Positions 13,359 through 25,469 of a stretch of 64,000 bases of DNA are shown piece after piece (positions within the stretch are counted from its first letter, which is position 1; every line of letters begins with the position of its first letter). The position numbers and the translations under genes were made by a program. The stretch is from positions 86,244,001 to 86,308,000 of the forward strand of contig NW_024704743.1 in assembly GCF_018977255.1 (NCBI RefSeq), written 5' to 3'. The notes under the pieces were generated by a model. That model searched no databases. It had not been told where the DNA came from and saw only the letters and a list, made by a program, of their open reading frames with translations. This stretch comes from Callorhinchus milii. Its lineage: Eukaryota.

Positions 13359-14799
13359 CACACAGTCTTTGTATTGGAGATAAAGTCACCAGGAATGTTG
13401 CTTATAAACATAAGCAGTTTCAGTTCACGGATGAGAATTATTGTGCGGAAATGTTCCATTTTAGATGGTCAAACAATTTAAAATCTAATTTAAGCTTTAT
13501 TATAATTATTATAATAATACTTGCCTTTATGTACAGGAAGTGCAATTTTGCTTAAACATTTAATCCATTTTATCTTTCTAGTTTTCCATTATCTTTGCTA
13601 CTGTATTTGACTCTAATCCAGAAAAAGGTATCTTTTGAGCTATTGTTTTTAATTTAAAATATTTCTACAAATGTAAAACTATTTTCCTCTTCCATACTTT
13701 TTCCCTCGGGCTCCTCCCCATTAATTTTAGTCCTGACACTTTCCTTTAGATTCAAGAACTTGATTTCAGACTCTTTTCCAGCTTTGGAATAAGATTCCTC
13801 ACAATAGCTTCTTATTTGTGCTTTGGCTTGATGGTTTAATATTGGCGGCAGACTTGTGCTGTAAATATGGTGATATACTTCTCTCCAACTTACCAGAGAC
13901 CCAGCTGTGGTGTGGGTTTCAGGCTGCTTCCTGGAGGCAAAAACATAATGGGCTCTTGTCTTTGCTGTCTCTTCACATGGAAACCAAAGCGATGTGGCCA
14001 ACATCCAAATCATAGAGTGTGCCTTGGACCATCCAATATGGAGTCACACCACCATTTCAATGTCCTGAACATATGCAACTGGTTAAAGTGATTGGACACA
14101 TGTTGAATGTGTGACTCAACGACTCTACTCAATTCGGAAATGACAGGGTAAGGAGGTGGAAGGTTGGGGGGCTGGGAAAGGGAAACAAATCTGCCTCCAC
14201 TTTATCCGGGTACACACTTAATCAATACATTATGAATGCTGATTAAATTCTAACCCAAATTCTAAATTGTTAGATCCCATTTTCTCTCCTCAAATTCCTC
14301 CCTTTTCACCCCCACAAATCTCAAGATTGTGTAACATTCTACAAGCACTGGCACAACTCCAGATCATTATCCACAGGACGTGTAAGGATGAAGAAGGTTT
14401 GTCGGCCCATTTGATCTGATTCTTCTAACGTACCAACCAGTGGTGCCTAGGTCCTGCTATCCTTCCTAGTAACCCGCTCCAGCTGTTAATTTCCCTCTGG
14501 ATAAGTCATGCTTCTGCCATTTGGTCTAGATTTGCCCTTCACAGTGGTAAACCACTTCCCAATTTTAATATTCGTTGCATTTGATATAATGTCTTTCATG
14601 TCAGTAGGATGTCTCAAAGTGCTTCACAGGATTTATTGTAAAGTGTAGTGACTATTTATTTTGTAGGTAAAACGTGGCAGACAATTTGCATACGGCAATG
14701 TCCCACAAACTGCTGTAAAATGAATGACCAATTTTATCTGGGGAATTGTTGGCCAGAACACTGGGAGAAACGCCCTTCTCTTTTCGAAAGTAGGAAGAG

Positions 14800-15058
14800 A
14801 GAAAATCGATAGTGATGCGATTGTTCCCTTTGGTAGAGGAATCTAAAGCAAGGAGATAATAAATCTTAAAATTAGTGCTAGATGGTTAAAATTCAATTCA
14901 GAAACCATTTTTTCCCACACAGAACAAGCTAGGTTGAAACTTAGGAAGTAAGGGAATTAATAGTTATGGGAAGAGGTAGGGCCATGGGATTAAAAGGTCT
15001 GCCCTGTTCTAATTAACTGTTGAGACAGGCTGCAGTGGGCTCCTCCTTTTCCTATGTA
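14800..15058 (+). mobile_element. Degraded CR1 3' fragment
   Basis: LFPLV-ESK.R..NLKI-like remnant and a CR1-type tail (gggctcctccttttcctatg). Confidence 0.5.
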
Positions 15059-15799
15059 TAGGTAGGTTAAAAAGGATCAGAGTCCAGTTCTAAAGTGACT
15101 TGTAAGGATGGTAATAAGTTAGTAAATGTTACACAATTTAGAATGAATGGTTGAATAAATTGGCTTCAGTATAAAAACTACTAAACAAAAACAAACAAAT
15201 GTTGCTGTTTCTTATCTGCAATGGGACCAGTGGCAATATTTATGCAATTATGCTGCATCCTTAGATCTGGTGGCAAAGATGCACTGTAGTACTGTACTGC
15301 TGCTAATGTTTTATTCCCACCAGTGACTGTATTGCACCTGCGGTTTCAATCCTTTTTTTTTAAAATTTAAAACCGAGCCTAATTACAAGTTAGAGATGGG
15401 TTGGGGTGAAATTACTTTACTTGTAGAATGAGGTGCTATCTGCTGGAAAAAAAAATACACTGGTCAGTGTAAAGGGTGAATGGAAGATATTTCCTTATCT
15501 TATTGCAGCCAGTGAATGGTATAAATTGAATTGTCCAAAATATCTACTGGCAGGTTGCTTTTTCTTGTTGTAATTTTAAAGGGGCAATAGTGCTTTTTAG
15601 AGGATGAAGTATGCATTGATGTGTTTCAGCATAGCTTACTGATGGATGTCAATCGATGGAAAGGTTCAATTTGCAGACACTTACACAAAGAAGGGATCAC
15701 TTTAAATTTGGGGTCGACATCTGTAAGGCCCAAACTACTTTGAAAAGTAGCTAGCTTTCCAACACATGATTGCTACCATATTTTTCCTAGAAATTGGTG

Positions 15800-16615
15800 C
15801 AAGCATTAACAATTTGTATAACAACTTTCATGTCAGAAGAATATTTAGAAGTGGTTCATGCAAGTGATTTGGAATCAGAGCTGGAGGAGGGGTGTGGGAG
15901 CTGACAAATGGTGGGAGGTTGCCAAAAACGCAGTCAGAGGTCTTAAGGTAGGTTTTGAAGACTGGGAGAGAGGGGGCAAAGTGAAGGGTCTCTGCGATAG
16001 AGTTCTAGAGAGGAAGGCAGAATGGCTGAAGGCTCATCCACCGATGGTTGGGTGGACAGGGCAGCAGACAAAAAGCAGACCAGTGTTTCAGTGGAGGGAA
16101 TGGATGGGTTGGGATGCAAAAGGTTGAAGATGTAACGTATAGTAAGATATTTGAAAGTAAAGACTTGAATCATGAATTTGATCCATGAAATGGGTTGTGC
16201 CAGTTGTTCCAAGTGACAATAAATATGTTGGGCTCACAGAACCCCATATGGGAGAGGACATGGCTGCAAAGTTCTGGATGATTTGCAGCTTTTAGGGAGA
16301 AGCTGGGAGTCCCACGAAGAGGGCTTTGGAATAGTCCATCCTGGATATGATGAAAGTGTGAATGAGGGTTGTGACTCCTGGAGGAGAGGTAATGGCGGAC
16401 GCAGGCAAACTTGTGGAGATGAGGGAAAGTCAAGCGAAAGAGAACATTGATGTAGGACAGATTGCAGGACAGTGGGGATCAAACACAGTTGGGGACACTG
16501 AGGTTCCTTAACAGCTCTATGAGATGAAGTGAGGAGCCTTTAGGTCGATACGGTCAACGCCTGAGGGAGGCTGAGATGGGAGCTAAGCAGAAGAACCTCA
16601 GTCTTTGGTGATAAC
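15800..16615 (-). mobile_element. Older, degraded L2 LINE fragment
   Basis: Diverged similarity to the other L2 copies (LQIIQNFAA, RNLSV..FDP-like remnants). Confidence 0.65.
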
Positions 16616-19600
16616 TGTAGGGAGTTAGAATGTACCAAGTGGGTTGCCAAATGTTTTTTTTTAAACTAAGGCAAAAAAAAGATGCGCTGTGCAGCTTAGC
16701 ACAGGGCCTTTGACGTATGCCAGTTTCAAAAGTAGTCTCTGGATTTGCCTGTTACACCCTAATCTTGGTGGCGAAGTAGAGATGTTAATAATATTTGGAA
16801 TCAGGTTGCTGTTTATTAAGGGTTGACGTCCTGTTTTTGGGAACTAAGCATTTCCTTATGGTTAAAGCTGGAGAGATAGATGAACTCAACTTTTGTTTAA
16901 AGTTGGTGATAGGTTACTCACACTATAGAATGAAAAACACTGACTTCTAATCCTGTGGAGTGCAGGCATCACCCCATCACATTTGATGTGCAATAATACA
17001 GCTGTTTTCAGAAGAAAACCAGAGATGGTGAGACATCTTTGGATTGCATGAACAATTCTTTGGACTTATAAGTTTTTTTAAAAAAAATCAAGGTTTATGC
17101 TCTTTCTATCTGTGTTTCATTTACTGCTGAGACAGTCTTGTGCCCATTTTTTATTATAACCCTCTGAGATTACTTTTCTGTTCTGTACAGCACATTCAAT
17201 GCCTATTTGCAGCATTTCGCAATCTGTTGTTAATGCGTTAGCATACTCTTTGGGGGTTAGTTCCCGCCTGTCAGTAAATGTACTGACCTTAGCAGTCTGC
17301 ATAATGCTAAAGGAGGCAATTACAGACAAGTGAAGCATGACCTCCTTTGTGTATGTTTTAAACTTCCGAAAGTCGTTGTTTTCTTGGTCTGGCTCTACTT
17401 ATCCTGCATCCTATAAATCCCGGGTATAGCACTCCTGCAATCTGTGGCAAAAATATAAGTACAGTAGTTGGTGACTTTTGCAAAATAAGCACGATTGTGC
17501 TTCAACCATTGTAGGGAGCAGCTCTTGCTGTCGGCGGCAGTACCTCCATTTGCTGTTAGATAAATCTATGGTGCTGATGGTTGGCTCACATGTGCTGCAA
17601 TGTTTCACCCTGGATCATTGCTAGCATTCCACATTGGGTACCAAAAGAGTGAATCGCACATTTTCTGTCCAACCAACCTCAGAAAAGCGCACTTCGAAGC
17701 ACCGGCCAACCTAAGAAGAGGGTGTTACAATACAACACTGAACTTTTAACTTCTGCCCTGGAACCCTTTCATGAATAAATGCTAGAATTACACGTGCACC
17801 TACAGCAATGCAGTTTGTAATTTTCTCTGGCAGGATGCTGGCTCAAAACCTTGGTGATACTTTTCAGGGTGGAAGGAGTTAACTCTTTTAAGCAACAAAA
17901 TTGCAGCTAACAATAATAATAAATCTTGTATTTGATATTAGCACCTTATAATGTTGAACTGTCTCAAAAGTGCTTTATGGGATTTACTGTAAAGTGTAGT
18001 AACTGTATGTGTATGCAAATGTTGCAGGCAATAGCTTGCAAACAACCATGAAGTGAAAGACCAATTTTATCTGGGACATTGTCAGCCAGGACACTGGAAG
18101 AAATTCTCTAACTATGGGGGATAGTCCAAATATAACCTATTTTGATTGTGAGAACTCTATTTTGTGCTTTTGTCCTGAGTGCTTTTCCACTTTGATGCAT
18201 ACATTGGGCAGCTATACCTGGTACCACTATCTATTTGATGTTTTCACCGTACCTGAATGGAGAACTCAATGTCCTTCTCTGGTTTGTGACATATGCAGTT
18301 ATGATAGTAATGGTAATATCTGAACAGGAGGAGGCTGTTCACCCATCATGATCTTGTTCTGACAATTTATTAAGCGCTTTGAGACCACCGTCCGATGTGA
18401 AGGGCGCTATTTAAATGCTACCTAAAAAGTTGTTAAACTATACCAGATTTTAATCTTTCCATTCCCCTTAATACCCTTGGCTGCTTGTGGGACATTGCTG
18501 TGTGCAAATTGGCTGCTGTGATTGCCCACAAAACACACAGTCACAACACTTTATTATATCCTTTGATGAGTTTTGAGGTGTCCTCCTGACATGAAAGGCA
18601 CTGTACCACATGTAAGGATTAGGACATTGCTGTTTGCAATTTGGCTGCTGCATTCATCCACAAAACAGTCACTCCACTTTACACTGAATTCTGTGAAATG
18701 CTTTGATAGGTCTTACAAATGTGAAAGATGCTGTACCAAATATGAGGATTATTGTTTTTATTATTTTCCGTTCCCTTCAATACTCTTGATTTCTATGTAC
18801 CCATCTCCTTTATATCCCATTTTATTCTGCCTCTATGGCTTTGGGACAGTGCAAGCCACATTTGCACAATCGTTTTTTGATTTCATCTTTACCTATTTGA
18901 GCTCTAATTGTGGCCCCTTGTTTTGATTCCTTCTACCTGAGGGATGAGTCATTCACTAACCAGGTTGGTCAATTCCTACATCAGTCAGATCACCCCAAGC
19001 ATCTCCTCTCCAGAGAAATTAACCCAAGTCTGCCTGGCCTCTCAATATCCACACATCCTCAATATCTACACATTAATGTGGTGAATTTTCAAATAAAATT
19101 CACACAAGACATTTAACAGAGGAAAAAAGTTCCATTCTGAAGTTCTGGTGAACGATATGTAGGAAGCTAGTCCACATGGAACAGGAAGTTCCTGCTTTTA
19201 ATTGTTCAATTTCCCATTATTATTACAGATCTTCTCTGTTGTTGAGTGTGAGTGTGCAGCAAGTGGAATGAGTTACAGTGGGTGCCCCAGCCTTTCCATA
19301 GCTGGAATCTAGTTAAGGACAGACTGATCTCTGCTAATAGGATGCTTGGGGTTGCTCAGTCATGGTTAAATTGCTGATGGGAGTATATTCACAGCTGAAA
19401 TCTAGTTGCAGTTCAGCACAAATTGGCAGGATTACTGTGAGCTATCACAATGGTGTTTGAGTGTGGGAAATAGAAACACTGTTCTACACAGCTGTGTAGA
19501 ACGTTGGAGGGAAATAGGGTGGGGCACAATAAAGGAAGCTTCGCTTTGCATTGAACCAGTAAAAAGATTTACCTGCAATGCCAATACAAACACTCCATTT

Positions 19601-19660
19601 GTTACAAATAGCAATGATTTCCCCCAATTCTTTATAGTACCCATTGCATACATTTTGGAG

Positions 19661-20036
19661 TGGAGTCCCGTAGCTCAGTGATTAGAGCGCTCACCTTGCA
19701 AGTGAGCGACATTTATTCAATTCCCGGCAGGGCGAAATGTTGGGCAAGTTTCCTTACTTCACACGCCTCTGTTTACCTAACAATAAGTAGGAATCTGATT
19801 ATTAGTTGATTGCCGGATTGCTTTTCTGAGGGTAATAATGCCTTTTTTAAAAAATAATTGATCACTTCAATCCACGACTGTTTGTGAGACAATGCTGTGC
19901 ACAATTGGCTGCCTCATTCCGCCCACAACATACACAGTCAATTCACTTTACTTCACAGAATATATTCTGTGAAGTGCTTTTGAGACCTTGCGAAGACGTG
20001 ATAAGGCGCTATATCAAATGCAAGGATTATTTATTT
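19661..20036 (+). mobile_element. tRNA-derived SINE (Ala-like TGC loop) with L2-type tail
   Basis: A box tagctcagtg, degenerate B box, cttgggcaagtttccttac body, tail aggcgctatatcaaatgcaaggattat. Confidence 0.88.
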
Positions 20037-20083
20037 TATGGAGAAGATGCTTTTTAGCACGCATTTGATATGACTGGATGCAA

Positions 20084-20390
20084 AATAACAATAATCCTTG
20101 CATTTGATATAGCGCTTTTCACGTCTTCTAGACGTTTCAAAACACTTCACAGAATATACTGTAAAGTGAATTAACTGTATATTTGTGGGCAAAATGCGGC
20201 AGCCAATTGTGCACAGCAGTGTCTCACAAACAGTTGTGTGTTGAAAATGACCAATTTTTTTTTTTTTTGAGGGATTATTATTAGGCTTGTGGAGTAAGGA
20301 AACTTGCCGAAGGTTTCGACCTGCCTGGAATTGAACCCAGGTGTCTCGCTTGCAAGGCGAGTGCTCTAACCACTGAGCTACAGGACTCCA
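20084..20390 (-). mobile_element. tRNA-derived SINE, full length
   Basis: Reverse-complement head ggagtcctgtagctcagtggttagagcactcgccttgcaagcgagacacctgggttcaattcc and the shared tail. Confidence 0.9.
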
Positions 20391-21571
20391 CAAAATGTGT
20401 GAAGCTGCTGAATTTCTCAGCATGCCGACAACACACTGAGCAAAACAAACCACGAAAGTATGTAATTAGAATGAAATAACAAATAATCTGTGCATTTGTT
20501 GTAGCACCTTTCATGTCGGGAGGAGATCTCAAAGCGTTTCCCTAGATTTACTGTAAAGTAAGTAACTATTCCACGTGCTGCACATTTGAACTCAGCAACA
20601 GAGAAGATCTGTAACACTAATGAAAGCATGAGCCATTAAAGGCAGAAACTTCCTATTACTTGTGGACTATCTTCCTACACATCGTTCACAAGCACTTTAT
20701 AAAGAACACATGGATATCTTTTCTGTTAAACTTCTCACATATATTTCTTGCATTTATATTGTGCACTTCACATGGAGAGCGCCATATAAATGTGGGGATC
20801 ATGAAGAAGCTGGGATTACTTGGGTTATATTCTCCAGAGAGGTGGAGTTTGAGGTGATCAGATTTAGGCAAGAATTGACCAAACTTGATGGTGGATAACT
20901 TTGTAGGCAAATTACTTCACTCTGACTGTGTTGTCCATGAGCTGGGTTTTAGATAATTAAAGATATGTTTATATATTTTTTGAAATGTTGTAAAATCAGT
21001 TTGACTGCATACTATCTTGCGTGGAGGTTCACATTACCTCTGTGTCCCATTTACTATCAATAATGTGTGAAAGCCGCAGTGGCCCCGTGCTCTCATATGG
21101 CTTTTATTTAACATTCTTAAAATAAATCTGTTGAGCTGAGTCATTTTAGACTCCATAAATTTTATTTTGATTTTGGCAGCCTTTGTTTTTAAAAGAAAAG
21201 GTGAATATAGCGTCTTCAAGGACTGGTGTTTGATAATTAAAATCACTTTCAAGTTACTTGGGGAGTTCAATCACTGAGGTGCTTTGCTGCAGTTTCCATC
21301 TATGTTTCTGGAATGGACATGCGAGAAATTTGGCTGATACAGTGGATTCAGGTTGGTAAATTTAATCACAAGACAAATTAGTTTGGTTTAAAAGTGGAAA
21401 GATTGGGTCAAGTACATCAAATCTTTTGGTCTGGGCAAACAAAGTAGTGGATTCTATCTCAGTGGCTCTAATATCGACCTCCACTAAAACTATCATCATC
21501 ACAGCTGGCAGGGCAGATTTTGAAGATTTGGAGTGGGCTACATGATGACTTTGGGGGTCTGTTGTATCTTC

Positions 21572-21860
21572 GGTGTCGGTTTGGCTCAGTTGATAGCACT
21601 CTTGGCTCTAGTCAGAAGGTTGTGTTTCAGTCACATGTTACACTCCAATGTGATGTTGGGTGTGCTCTGCATTGTTGGAGATTCTGTCCATTGGATGAGA
21701 TGTTAAACAGAGATCCCCTTTGCTGTTAAAATTAAGTAGGTATTAAAGATCCCATAGCACTATTGAAAAAGAGAAGGGAGTTTCTCCCAGGCAAAATAAA
21801 ATTGGTTGTTCACTTTGTGGCTGTTCGTAATAAATTCTGTGAAGTGCTTTGAGGCATGAT
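21572..21860 (+). mobile_element. Deu-domain SINE (host of the 21863 SINE)
   Basis: ggctcagttgatagcactct head and ttaaagatcccatagcactattgaaaaagagaagggag core. Confidence 0.72.
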
Positions 21861-21862
21861 AG

Positions 21863-22179
21863 TGGAGTCTGCAGCTCAGTGGTTAGAGCACTCGCTTTGC
21901 AAGTGAGAGACCTGAGTTCAATTCCAGGCAGAGGGCGAAACCTTGGGCAAGTTTCCTTACTCCACACAGAGCCTAATAATAATCCCTCCAAAAACAATAA
22001 TAGATTGGTCATTTTCAATCTACGACTGTTTGTGGGACATTGCTGTACGCAATTGGCTGCCGCGTTCGCCCACAAATATGCAGTCAATTCACTTTACAGT
22101 GTGTTCTGTGAAGTGCTTTGGGACGTCCTCCCGACGTGAAAAGCGCTATATCAAATGCAAGGATTATTATTATTATTAT
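21863..22179 (+). mobile_element. tRNA-derived SINE, full length, nested in a Deu-SINE tail
   Basis: Near-consensus copy with A and B boxes and a (TAT)n tail. The older SINE tail resumes at 22180 (gtgaaaggcgttgtatcaaat). Confidence 0.92.
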
Positions 22180-23009
22180 GATGTGAAAGGCGTTGTATCA
22201 AATCTCAAAATTATCTTCAAAAGGCAAAATACTGTAGATGCTGAAAATCTGAGACAAAAAGAATTATCAGAATTATCTTGATGGTTTATGAAGGTACAAT
22301 ACAAATTTATATTTATATAGCTCCTTTCTCATTGGGAATATGTCCTAAGTTGCTGAAGTTGGTATGTTAATGGGTGGGGGAATCTTTGCAACACTTATAC
22401 CCCAAATAGATTTGAAGTCTGGCTATTCTTTAACCATTCTTGGAGCAGAGCTTACAGAAATGCCCAAACTGTTGAGGTCATTGCCTGAGCTGACAGCATG
22501 GATAATTTAATATTTAGCTGATGTATAGCTCCAATCGTCAACAGAACTGATTAGCTCCCTCTTTCTCCTCCTGGTTGGGGGAGAAATATGGTATTGGTTC
22601 GAAAAGTTATTGAACACTTCTTATTTCCTTTTTAAAACAAAATTGCAGCAATACTAGTTTGGTGTACGAGGGGAGGTGATGTGTTTACAGGTTTCATTAC
22701 ATCTGCTGCTTTGGAGACTCGCTGTATTGAGACCAATGCCTCTCACATGTTGATTGGTATAAATAATGCATCTATGTGAAGGACCAGACAACACTATTGG
22801 GGGTCCATCTGACCAGCTGGTCCTAAAATGAATACCATTAAACATTAAAATATTAAACATTAAATAATAAAATCCCACCCTACTCTAATACCCTTTGATT
22901 TAATTCTCTAATTCTCTCCTGAATTTCCTGACTCAAAGAAAGAGACACAAACACAAAATGGGTTTTGGCGACTGTGAGGAGTGGGTGGGTTTTACCATTT
23001 GTAAAAAAA

Positions 23010-23421
23010 ATCCTTATTTGATATACCAACTTTTATGTCAAAAGGACGTCTTAAGATATTTTACTGGATTTACTCTAGTGTGCATTACCTGTATTTTGTA
23101 GGTGAATATGACAGCCAAATTGCACGGAGTGGTGTTCCACAAACAACCATGTGAATGACCAGTTTTATTTGTGGGATTGTTGACCAGGACACTGGACTCT
23201 TCAAATATGCCACAACATTTCTAATGTCCACCTAACTAGGCAGACAGGAACTCTGTTTAATGTCTCATCCGAAGGACGGCACCTCCAACAATGCAGCACA
23301 CCCTCAGCACTGCTTTGGATGGCAGCTTAGACTATGTCAGTTCAAGTTTCTGACTTAGGGCTTGAACGCACAACCTTCTGATCCAAAGGCAAGAGTTCTA
23401 CCGACTGAGCAAGGTTGACAT
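23010..23421 (-). mobile_element. Deu-domain SINE
   Basis: Reverse complement of the 25035 family (tgtccacctaac.aggcagacagg, tctcatccgaaggacggcacctcc, ctgagcaaggttgaca). Confidence 0.78.
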
Positions 23422-24733
23422 CTCAGTGCGATGATTTGTAGGATCTTACTGCGCTGCTGGGATGTTGGAGTTCCAAGACTCCTTTTATCAGAACGTGGCA
23501 GTGCTGAATTTTTTTTGCGTATGTGTGTGGACGTGGGTTGTGCATTTTATAAATGCCTCACGCCAATTGGCTTGTGGGCCTTGCGCATTGTGGTGCTGCT
23601 TCAATTATTTTCCAGTATTACTCGCTCTTTTTTCTTCCAAGCCCCTCTTGCGGGCCAATTGGTTACTCACTTTCCATCCTTCCCCCATGGCTGTTTCTCC
23701 ACTGGATCCATCTATCTATCTCGATCTCCTGTCATTCCCTTTCCTGTCCCTTCTTGCTCCCCACTGTTTTCAATTCATTTTATGAAGCTCCCTGAAGTGA
23801 GTGCTGAGCCCTTGCCTGTGACATTGACTTCTTTCATGCCAAAGCATCAAAGGTATCAACCTACCAACTACCTCACTGCTGTTCAACATAGGACGCCAGC
23901 ATTAAATTCATGTGGTAGATTTACTTTATAGAAGACATTTTTTTGCGACGTGGCGGACCTATCTTGCCGAGCTATGCGGACCCATGCCAGTAATCATTTT
24001 TTATAAAACACTCACGCCAGGCGTGTACTCTCCGATTGAGTCAAACCTCCTCACGTTCAGTAGCAAAAAGACATTAATAGTTCAAAACGATTTAAGCGAA
24101 CGGTGGAAACTAATGCAGGAAACTTGGGACAGTTTTAGCCTTCGCTCACATTGCCTTACACCCTTATTGCATGTGACAATGGAGAAACTCGCAGAGGGAA
24201 GAAATCCTGGGGCCCACTGCATTCCTTTATAAGGTCATTGCAGTTTTTGAGTTTGTTTATTGTGGGTAATCCTGATGTGCGTGTCCTTTAGATTGTGAAT
24301 AGGGAAGGAGTGCTGGAATTCTAATTAAATTGTTTAAAAATAAGAGGGTGGCACTTTCCAAATTTTGGGTTGCATTTTTAAAAAAAATCTGGATCATTAA
24401 CCCTTCAGATGCTTGTTACTTTAACGTTATGCTTGAAACACTATTTGCAACCTTTCGATAGTTTTCTTTAAAAACACAATTTTGGGGACCTTATTTAGCA
24501 CTGTGGAAGTCAATTTACCAAAGGGCAGGATATTTACCATTCTAAGTTACTTTCGAAGATCTTGGGATTGTGGTAGATTTGGATATTTATAATTGAAAGT
24601 ACTTTTTAAAAACTTGTCTCTGATTTAATTGCATTAAATATTTTGGTTAACTGTAGAATAATGAAAATGATTTGTCAACAGCAATTTAGTTTACTTTTTT
24701 AGAAAATAGCAGACGTCCTAGCTTGCACCATAC

Positions 24734-24889
24734 CAGTGTTTCTGAATGTCCAATGTGAGGTCTAGTACCAGACCATAATAACTTTACGGCTGTACCAGAG
24801 ATCTCTCAGATTTCATGATTTGGCAGGCATATTTACAAATGGCCCACCACTGAAAAGGTCCCTGGCATCAAAAAAATTGAAAAATACTG
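24734..24889. mobile_element. Possible hAT (Charlie-type) MITE remnant
   Basis: TIR-like ends cagtgtttctgaat / attgaaaaatactg (11/14 match). No convincing 8-bp TSD. Confidence 0.4.
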
Positions 24890-25034
24890 TAATACATTAA
24901 GTTGCCTGCTTAACTCCCGTTGTTTGCTAGTTTTGCCTTTGAGAGTAGCTATTGAGATGTTTCCATTAGGCCTATTTTAAAACTTTGAAGTTTACTGACC
25001 CATCAAAGAATATTCATTGTAAGTTACTACTTAA

Positions 25035-25469
25035 GTGTCAGCCTAGCTCAGTTGGTGTCACTATCTCCTGATTCAGAAGGTTGTGCATTCAAGCCCCATG
25101 GTGGGACTTTGAGCTCACGTAGTTTAGACTGAGACTAATGCAGTACAGGAAAGTGCACTGTATTGTTTGAGGTGTCATCCTTCCAATAAGATGATAAACT
25201 GAGGTCCCATCTGCCTGTTCAGGAAGATGTTAAAGATCCCATGGCATTATTTGAAAAGAGAAGGGAGTTTCTCCCAGTGTCCTGGCAAACAATCCCCCAA
25301 ATAAAATTGATCATTCACTTCATGACTCTTTTATGGTATATTGCCGTGTGCAAATTGACTGCCGCATTTACCTGCAAAATATAGTCAATATAATTTACAG
25401 AGGTGCTGTGAAGCACTTTTACGATATTCTCCTGACATGAAGTTCTATATCAAATGTAAGAATTATTAT
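25035..25469 (+). mobile_element. Deu-domain SINE (tRNA head, Deu core, L2-type tail)
   Basis: Head gtgtcagcctagctcagttgg, Deu core gatgataaactgaggtcccatctgcctgttcaggaagatgttaaagatcccatggcattatttgaaaagag, and the shared tail. Confidence 0.8.

Noticed and set aside
21863..21935. tRNA-Ala(TGC) genes at the heads of the repeats
   Set aside because: No paired acceptor stem, and each is fused to a SINE body and LINE-type tail.
21943..22281. Recurring MGKFPYST... ORFs as a small gene family (also 29629, 33720, 55915)
   Set aside because: They are translations of the same SINE, with variable stops and non-ATG starts.
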